Assembly: GCA_031413355.1 (NCBI GenBank)
Contig: JANOFA010000559.1
Location: 1 to 27,603, forward strand
Direction: 5' to 3'
Length of the DNA: 27,603 bases
Source of the DNA: Gemmatimonadota bacterium
Lineage (GTDB): Bacteria; Gemmatimonadota; Gemmatimonadetes; Gemmatimonadales; GWC2-71-9
Position numbers and translations under genes: made by a program
The notes under the pieces: model-generated
Seen by the model: the letters and a program-made list of their open reading frames with translations, nothing else
The model's database searches: none
Told to the model about the DNA's origin: nothing
In this document: positions 24,024 to 27,603 of the stretch, in pieces
How the letters are laid out: every line of letters begins with the position of its first letter
How positions within the stretch are numbered: the stretch's first letter is position 1

Positions 24024-25079
24024 ATGCCCCTCCAGATTCCGTCGTCCAGCTCCGAGTCGCCCATCCTCTGCCTCCTGGCGGATGACGACGCCGAGCTGCG
24101 CCGGGCCATGGCGCAGGTGCTGGAAGGCATGGGGCTGTCCTGCCTGGAGGCGGGCTCCGGCATCGAGGCGCTGGCCATCCTCGAGCAGACCGGTGAGCTG
24201 CCGCTGCTGATCTCGGACGTCTCGATGCCCGGGATGGGCGGACTCGGCCTGCTGCGGGAAGTGCGACGGCGGCATCCGGACATGGCGGTGGTGATGCTGA
24301 GCGGAGTCCGCGAGGCGGAGACCGCAGTGGAGTGCCTGCTGGCGGGCGCGCTTGACTACATCACCAAGCCGGCGCTGCTCGGCGAGATACGGTCCCGGAT
24401 CCAGCGGGCGCTGGAGAAGCGCGATCTCACCCTGCAGAATCGATTTTACCAGCAGCACCTGGAGCAGCTGGTCGACCACCAGGCCATCCGCCTCAAGGAA
24501 CTCTTCCTCGAGGGAGTGCAGACCCTGGTGCATGCGCTCGATGCGCGGGATCCGTACACCCGGGGTCATTCGATCCGGGTCAGTCACTATGCCAGCCGAA
24601 TCGCGAGCCGCATGGGATTCGGCGGGCAGGCCCTGGAGGATATCCGGCTGGGCGCGGAGCTGCATGACATCGGCAAGATCGGGACGCCCGAGGCGATCCT
24701 TCACAAGCCGGGCCCGCTTACGCAGGAGGAATTCGGTCACATCACCGAGCACACCGTCCTCGGCGAGCGCATCCTGGCGCCGCTGGCGCGGCAGAATCCC
24801 ACCGTGCTGTCCATTGTGCGGTCCCATCATGAACGGGTGGATGGCGCCGGCTTCCCCGACCAACTGGGTGGGAACCGCATTCCGTGGGCGGCGCGCATTG
24901 TCGCCGTGGCGGACGCCTTTGACGCCATGACGACCGATCGGTCCTACCGCGCCTCCCTCCCCGCTGCGAGCGCCTGCGACGAGATCCGCAGCTGCGCCGG
25001 GGCCCACTTCGACACCGAAGTGGTCGCCGCCTTCCAGGCTGAGTTCCCCGACCCGGGGCAGATGATGCTGGTGGAGTAG
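24024..25079 (+). CDS. Response regulator with HD-GYP phosphodiesterase domain (RpfG-like), copy 2
   Basis: REC motifs LLADDD, ISDVSMPG, TKP. HD-GYP motifs YTRGHSIRV, LHDIGKIG, HHERVDGAGFP, DAFDAMTT. Confidence 0.92.
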   Translation: MPLQIPSSSSESPILCLLADDDAELRRAMAQVLEGMGLSCLEAGSGIEALAILEQTGELPLLISDVSMPGMGGLGLLREVRRRHPDMAVVMLSGVREAETAVECLLAGALDYITKPALLGEIRSRIQRALEKRDLTLQNRFYQQHLEQLVDHQAIRLKELFLEGVQTLVHALDARDPYTRGHSIRVSHYASRIASRMGFGGQALEDIRLGAELHDIGKIGTPEAILHKPGPLTQEEFGHITEHTVLGERILAPLARQNPTVLSIVRSHHERVDGAGFPDQLGGNRIPWAARIVAVADAFDAMTTDRSYRASLPAASACDEIRSCAGAHFDTEVVAAFQAEFPDPGQMMLVE

Positions 25080-25130
25080 ATTGGGGGCCGTGGTGCTGCG
25101 CAGTGGCGCGGCCCCCGGAGCCTGGAGCCC

Positions 25131-25553
25131 ATGATTCGACTCTCACCGCGTCAGTCGCTCTACTGCCTGCTCGCCGGCCTGGGATGGGCGGCCGTCGCCT
25201 ACCTGTTCGGTGGGCGGAGTTTCGGGGCCGCTATCCGGGGCGGCCTGCTGGCGGCACCACTCATCGGCCTGGGGGTGGGCTGGCTCACCCAGCACGGCTT
25301 CGAGAACGCGACCGGGAGCCGGCGCGGTGTGGTGGCGCTGATCAGCCTCTACATCGGCGCCTCCCTGTTCGGCCTGGCGATCGGCGTTGGACAGTTGCTG
25401 GCGCATGGCGGGACCGATCGGGCACCGCTGGAGGTGCTGGTCGAGCCGCTGCTGGGGGTGCTCTGGGGAATCACCTTCACCGGCTTCCTGCTGTTCCTCT
25501 GGCCGCTCAGTTACGGCACCCACCTCCTGCTCGAATGGCTCGATGACCGCTGA
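25131..25553 (+). CDS. Small integral membrane protein of unknown function (about 4 TM helices)
   Basis: Four hydrophobic Gly/Ala/Leu-rich segments; host-like codon usage; GGAG upstream of ATG. Confidence 0.7.
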   Translation: MIRLSPRQSLYCLLAGLGWAAVAYLFGGRSFGAAIRGGLLAAPLIGLGVGWLTQHGFENATGSRRGVVALISLYIGASLFGLAIGVGQLLAHGGTDRAPLEVLVEPLLGVLWGITFTGFLLFLWPLSYGTHLLLEWLDDR

Positions 25554-25615
25554 GTTCCGCCGGATGCCGATGGTCGCCCTACCGCAGCCCAGCCCTCCCG
25601 TCCTACCTTTGCGCC

Positions 25616-27013
25616 ATGTCTGATACGCTCATGATCAGTGTGTCCGGGATGCGCGGGATCGTCGGCAAGGATCTCACCCCGGAGCTGGTGGCCCGTCACG
25701 CCGCGGCCCTGGGTGCGTGGGCCCGCTCCAACGGGAAGCCGCTGGTGGTCCTCGGGCGCGATGCTCGCACCAGCGGTCCGATGTTCGCCCGCGCGGCCAT
25801 CGCGGGGCTGATGTCGGTCGGGGTCGACGTCATCGATGTCGGAATCGTCCCCACCCCCTCCGTGCAGCTGGCGGTGGAGCATCATCATGCCGGTGCCGGG
25901 CTGATTCTCACCGCCAGTCACAATCCCATCGAATGGAATGCCCTCAAGCTGGTGGGTCCCGACGGGATCTTCCTCGACGGCGCTGACGGCGCGGCGGTGC
26001 GCGCCCTCGCCGAGGCGGGGCCGCCGCGAGTGGGCTGGGAGGGCGTGGGAGCGGTGCGGGAGGATGGCGACGCGATCGCCCGGCACCTCGATCAGGTGCT
26101 CGCGCTCCCCATGATCGACGTCGCCGCGATCCGGGCGCGCCGTTTCACCGTCGCGCTCGACTGCGTGCGTGGTGCCGGCGGCCTTGCCATTCCGCGGCTG
26201 CTCGAGCAACTCGGCTGCCGGGTGCACGGGATCCACCTGGAGGCGGATGGGAAGTTCCCCCACCCGCCCGAGCCTCTGCCTGAGAATATCGGCGACCTGG
26301 CACGTCTTGTCCGGGAGACTGGCGCCGACATCGGTCTGGCGGTTGATCCCGATGTGGACCGGCTGGCGCTGGTGGATGAACTGGGTGAACCGATCGGAGA
26401 GGACTACACGCTGGCGCTCGCGGTCCGGGCAGTGCTGGGTGCTGCCGCATCGGTGAAGGGCGCAGCAGGAGCTCCGCCCGTACCGGGACCCGCAGGCGTT
26501 GTGGTCTCCAACCTCTCGACCAGTCTGGTGGTGGAGGATGCGGCGCGGATGCATGGCGCCCGGTTCGTCCGGGCGCCGGTGGGCGAGGCGAATGTGGCCC
26601 GGACCATCCGGGATGAGGGCGCGATCATCGGTGGCGAGGGCAATGGCGGGGTGATTCTCCCTTCGCTGCATATCGGTCGGGATGCGCCGGTCGGTGTGGC
26701 ACTGATCCTGCACCTGCTCGCGGCTACGGGGCAGTCGGTCTCGCAGCTCGTCGCCAGCCAGCCCCGGTACCGGATTGTGAAAGCCAAAGCACCTCGTGGC
26801 AACGATTTAGCTCCAGTGTACTCGGCGCTCCTGGCCCGCTTTCCCGATGCGGTGCCGGATCGGCGCGACGGGTTGCGGCTGGCGTGGTCCGACCGCTGGG
26901 TGCACGTTCGACCCTCGGGCACAGAGCCCATCGTGCGGTTTATTGCGGAAGCTCCCACCCAGGCCGCGGCGGAAACGCTGGTGACGGCCTGTCGCGAACT
27001 CTTCTCGAAGTAA
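25616..27013 (+). CDS. glmM: Phosphoglucosamine mutase (alpha-D-phosphohexomutase family)
   Basis: ISVSGMRG, GRDARTSG, TASHNP (phosphoserine), DPDVDR (metal loop), GGEGNGG, RPSGTEP; directly upstream of glmS. Confidence 0.88.
   Translation: MSDTLMISVSGMRGIVGKDLTPELVARHAAALGAWARSNGKPLVVLGRDARTSGPMFARAAIAGLMSVGVDVIDVGIVPTPSVQLAVEHHHAGAGLILTASHNPIEWNALKLVGPDGIFLDGADGAAVRALAEAGPPRVGWEGVGAVREDGDAIARHLDQVLALPMIDVAAIRARRFTVALDCVRGAGGLAIPRLLEQLGCRVHGIHLEADGKFPHPPEPLPENIGDLARLVRETGADIGLAVDPDVDRLALVDELGEPIGEDYTLALAVRAVLGAAASVKGAAGAPPVPGPAGVVVSNLSTSLVVEDAARMHGARFVRAPVGEANVARTIRDEGAIIGGEGNGGVILPSLHIGRDAPVGVALILHLLAATGQSVSQLVASQPRYRIVKAKAPRGNDLAPVYSALLARFPDAVPDRRDGLRLAWSDRWVHVRPSGTEPIVRFIAEAPTQAAAETLVTACRELFSK
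26454..26484 (-). repeat. REP-like copy embedded in frame within glmM
   Basis: 28 of 31 nt identical to 18296-18326 in the same orientation. Confidence 0.8.
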
Positions 27014-27022
27014 GGACCCGGT

Positions 27023-27603
27023 ATGTGCGGCATCGTCGGCTATATCGGCCCGCGTCAGGCGACCGGCCTGCTGATCGAGGGGCTCCGGCGCCTCGAGTAT
27101 CGTGGCTATGACTCGTCCGGCGTCGCGATCCTCAACGGACGCGGCCTCGTCGTGGTCAAGGAGTCGGGAAAACTCTCCGCGCTGGAAAGCCTGCTCGATC
27201 GGGACATGCCCAAGGGCACCGTCGGCATCGGGCACACCCGCTGGGCCACGCATGGTCCGCCGACGGCGATCAACGCGCATCCGCACATGGACCAGAGCGG
27301 GAAGATCGCGCTGATCCACAACGGGATCATCGAGAATTCCGGTGCGATCAAGAAGGTCCTCGAGCAGCGCGGTCACACCTTCAAGTCCGAGACGGACACC
27401 GAAGTGCTCGCGCACCTGGTGGGCGAGTGCTACAAGGGCAATCTCGAAGAGGCGGTCGCCCAGGCGCTGCGCGAGGTCGATGGTGCCTACGGGATCGCGG
27501 TCATTTCCGAATCCGAACCGGACGTGCTGGTCGCGGCGCGGAAGGGCTCACCACTGCTGGTGGGCGTGGGCGACGGCGAGTGGTTCGTCGCCTCGGACGC
27601 GTC
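27023..27603 (+). CDS. glmS: Glutamine-fructose-6-phosphate transaminase (partial, runs off the window)
   Basis: AAGGA Shine-Dalgarno. MCGIVG, LEYRGYDSSG, IGHTRWATHG, NAHPH, HNGIIEN, SETDTEV, ARKGSPL, ASDA. Confidence 0.97.
   Translation, partial: MCGIVGYIGPRQATGLLIEGLRRLEYRGYDSSGVAILNGRGLVVVKESGKLSALESLLDRDMPKGTVGIGHTRWATHGPPTAINAHPHMDQSGKIALIHNGIIENSGAIKKVLEQRGHTFKSETDTEVLAHLVGECYKGNLEEAVAQALREVDGAYGIAVISESEPDVLVAARKGSPLLVGVGDGEWFVASDA

Noticed and set aside
27014-27022. glmS ribozyme
   Set aside because: Only 9 nt separate glmM and glmS.

Overview
High-GC bacterial chromosomal segment. Gene style, C-x-D-type lipoprotein signals and dense short intergenic repeats suggest Gemmatimonadota (inference). 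Left part: a menaquinone late-step operon of the futalosine type (ubiE/menG, ubiD-like, ubiA-like, an unannotated 49-aa ORF, ubiX), then a YfcE-type phosphoesterase, a secreted DOMON/CBM9-like protein and a Cho-like GIY-YIG nuclease. Middle (about 7053-18218): an accessory island between two co-oriented DNA-repair genes (mutM and the uvrC-like gene). It carries a subtilisin-family lipoprotein with Glu at the catalytic Asp position, a membrane-anchored TPR-CHAT caspase-like protease, a single-pass anti-sigma-like protein, an ECF sigma factor and an Ig/beta-helix lipoprotein, amid IS3 and IS30 relics. Right part: mutM, purD, an M48 peptidase, a cystathionine lyase/synthase, two tandem REC-HD-GYP paralogs, a membrane protein, glmM and the start of glmS. 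The best candidate for an under-described system is the split TPR-CHAT / anti-sigma / ECF sigma module, with a separase-like ExxR-G site just outside the anti-sigma membrane helix. A second theme is repeats entering coding DNA: a REP-like palindrome in frame inside glmM, and heptamer arrays forming the ubiD and ubiA termini. All calls come from motif recognition by eye; no database searches were run.
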